IMG/VR virus record: IMGVR_UViG_3300029554_000001
Direction: 5' to 3' (one strand)
DNA from: a virus
DNA length: 64,000 bases
Under the pieces are notes generated by a model. That model was not told where the DNA came from. It worked only from the letters and a program-made list of their open reading frames with translations, and searched no databases. Positions 63,272-64,000 of this stretch are shown piece by piece; the first letter of the stretch is position 1, and every line of letters starts with the position of its first letter. Made by a program: the position numbers and the translations under genes.

Positions 63272-63925
63272 GTCCCAAGGGAAAGGATGAAAAAAGTGCG
63301 GAAGAGATTCCCACTGATTTGCACTACACAGGCCTGATAGACAAATCACGTTCTTGACTGTAAGATGCACAATTGAATATTCAATAATAGCTGAGATGCA
63401 ATGACTTCTTAGATATGTATAAGACGATTTATACTGTCGGAAGCATCCTTCGTAGGAATAGGAACTATGAAGATACTAAGAGCGGCAAGCTCTCCACCTG
63501 AAAGTTAATGGTGGAAATTCTTGCAAGAATCACGAAATCCTACCTTCCGAATTCTTGCTCGGTAGTGTAGGTTGATTGCCAACTAAAGATGTTGGACAAA
63601 GAGCGCGACTTCATTTAGAGGTCAGGACCAGAGGCTCATAGTGAGGTGAACGTTGTCTATTCCTCACCTTTAATAAGAATCCGATGGGGGTCGGAGCGCT
63701 TATTATCGTATTTGAATAACCTACGGGTAGGTTGTTCGCAGTTTTACAGAAGACTTATAAACACTTGTCCGTCGAAATGGGTAGCCGCAAACGGGAAAGT
63801 TTCAATGAGTGCAGGAAGTAATGTAACGGGGAATAACTTCTAAGTCTTCGCAATTTATTGGATTAGCTAATTTAATAAAAGGTCTCATAATTAATTTAAT
63901 ATTGATTATGAGACTATTATTTTTA
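63272..63925 (+). ncRNA. ~650-nt promoter-to-terminator noncoding RNA (unknown class; large ornate RNA candidate)
   Basis: No credible ORF; the only track ORF (63646-63843) lacks an RBS. GC-richer than flanks. Ends in a 10-bp terminator GTCTCATAAT/ATTATGAGAC plus a T-run (63882-63925). Confidence 0.5.
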
Positions 63926-63940
63926 TAATAGAGGTGTAAC

Positions 63941-64000
63941 ATGGACAATTTCTGGAAGACATCACTGGAAAATAAGAAGAAAGAATGGAAGACGGTTCTC
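63941..64000 (+). CDS. Hypothetical protein, 5' fragment (continues beyond window)
   Basis: RBS GAGGTG before ATG 63941. MDNFWKTSLEN resembles the N-terminus MQDFWKLALEN of the 10547 protein. Confidence 0.45.
   Translation, partial: MDNFWKTSLENKKKEWKTVL

Overview
AT-rich tailed-phage DNA covering a replication, nucleotide-metabolism and accessory region. No capsid, tail, integrase, rRNA or CRISPR features were recognised. All credible genes (about 95 CDS) lie on the + strand, mostly behind sigma70-like TTGACA-N17-TATAAT promoters and AGGAG-type RBSs.

Four things dominate the window.

1. TAG is a sense codon. I counted about 48 in-frame TAGs in 16 otherwise intact genes. No gene needs TAG as its stop; all stops are TAA or TGA. 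A candidate amber-suppressor tRNA (anticodon CUA) sits at 44935-45005.

2. A dispersed array of at least 20 tRNA genes (31976-45005) is interleaved with a repeated structured-RNA module that I cannot assign to a known class.
- The module has a perfectly covarying 7-8 bp terminal stem (consensus G-TAGACnnn ... nnnGTCTA-G) and a conserved ACAGCAA strand.
- Its payloads are variable: circularly permuted tRNA bodies, T-arm plus capped-acceptor minihelices, or bare anticodon-stem-loop mimics.
- One copy lies in the 5' leader of a Ro60-like (helical domain plus vWA/MIDAS) gene. This suggests a phage Ro/Y-RNA-like system.

3. Two tRNA genes, Gln-UUG and Ile-UAU, are interrupted in the anticodon loop by tRNA-like or minihelix elements that end in ACCA. 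Removing each insert leaves exactly 7 loop nucleotides.

4. The phage encodes a coherent RNA repair and maturation toolkit:
- a P-loop kinase fused to an HD phosphohydrolase
- an Rnl1-type RNA ligase
- an RlaP-like nucleotidyltransferase
- a Thg1-like 3'-5' polymerase
- a CYTH protein

Other content:
- a DnaE-type polymerase split by a T4 td-like group I intron
- a RecD-like and a UvrD-like helicase
- LigA, dUTPase, ThyX, and an NrdD/NrdG/NrdH-like set
- cysteine desulfurase and a C5 DNA methyltransferase
- an ADP-ribose set (WGR-PARP, macro, NADAR)
- several TAG-rich homing-endonuclease genes
- a four-member paralogue family with an invariant MKQIRKNVFETNSSSxH N-terminus next to a radical SAM enzyme
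- several ORF-free, promoter-driven structured RNA regions

Coordinates of RNA ends are by eye and may be off by about 2 nt. No searches or folding programs were run.
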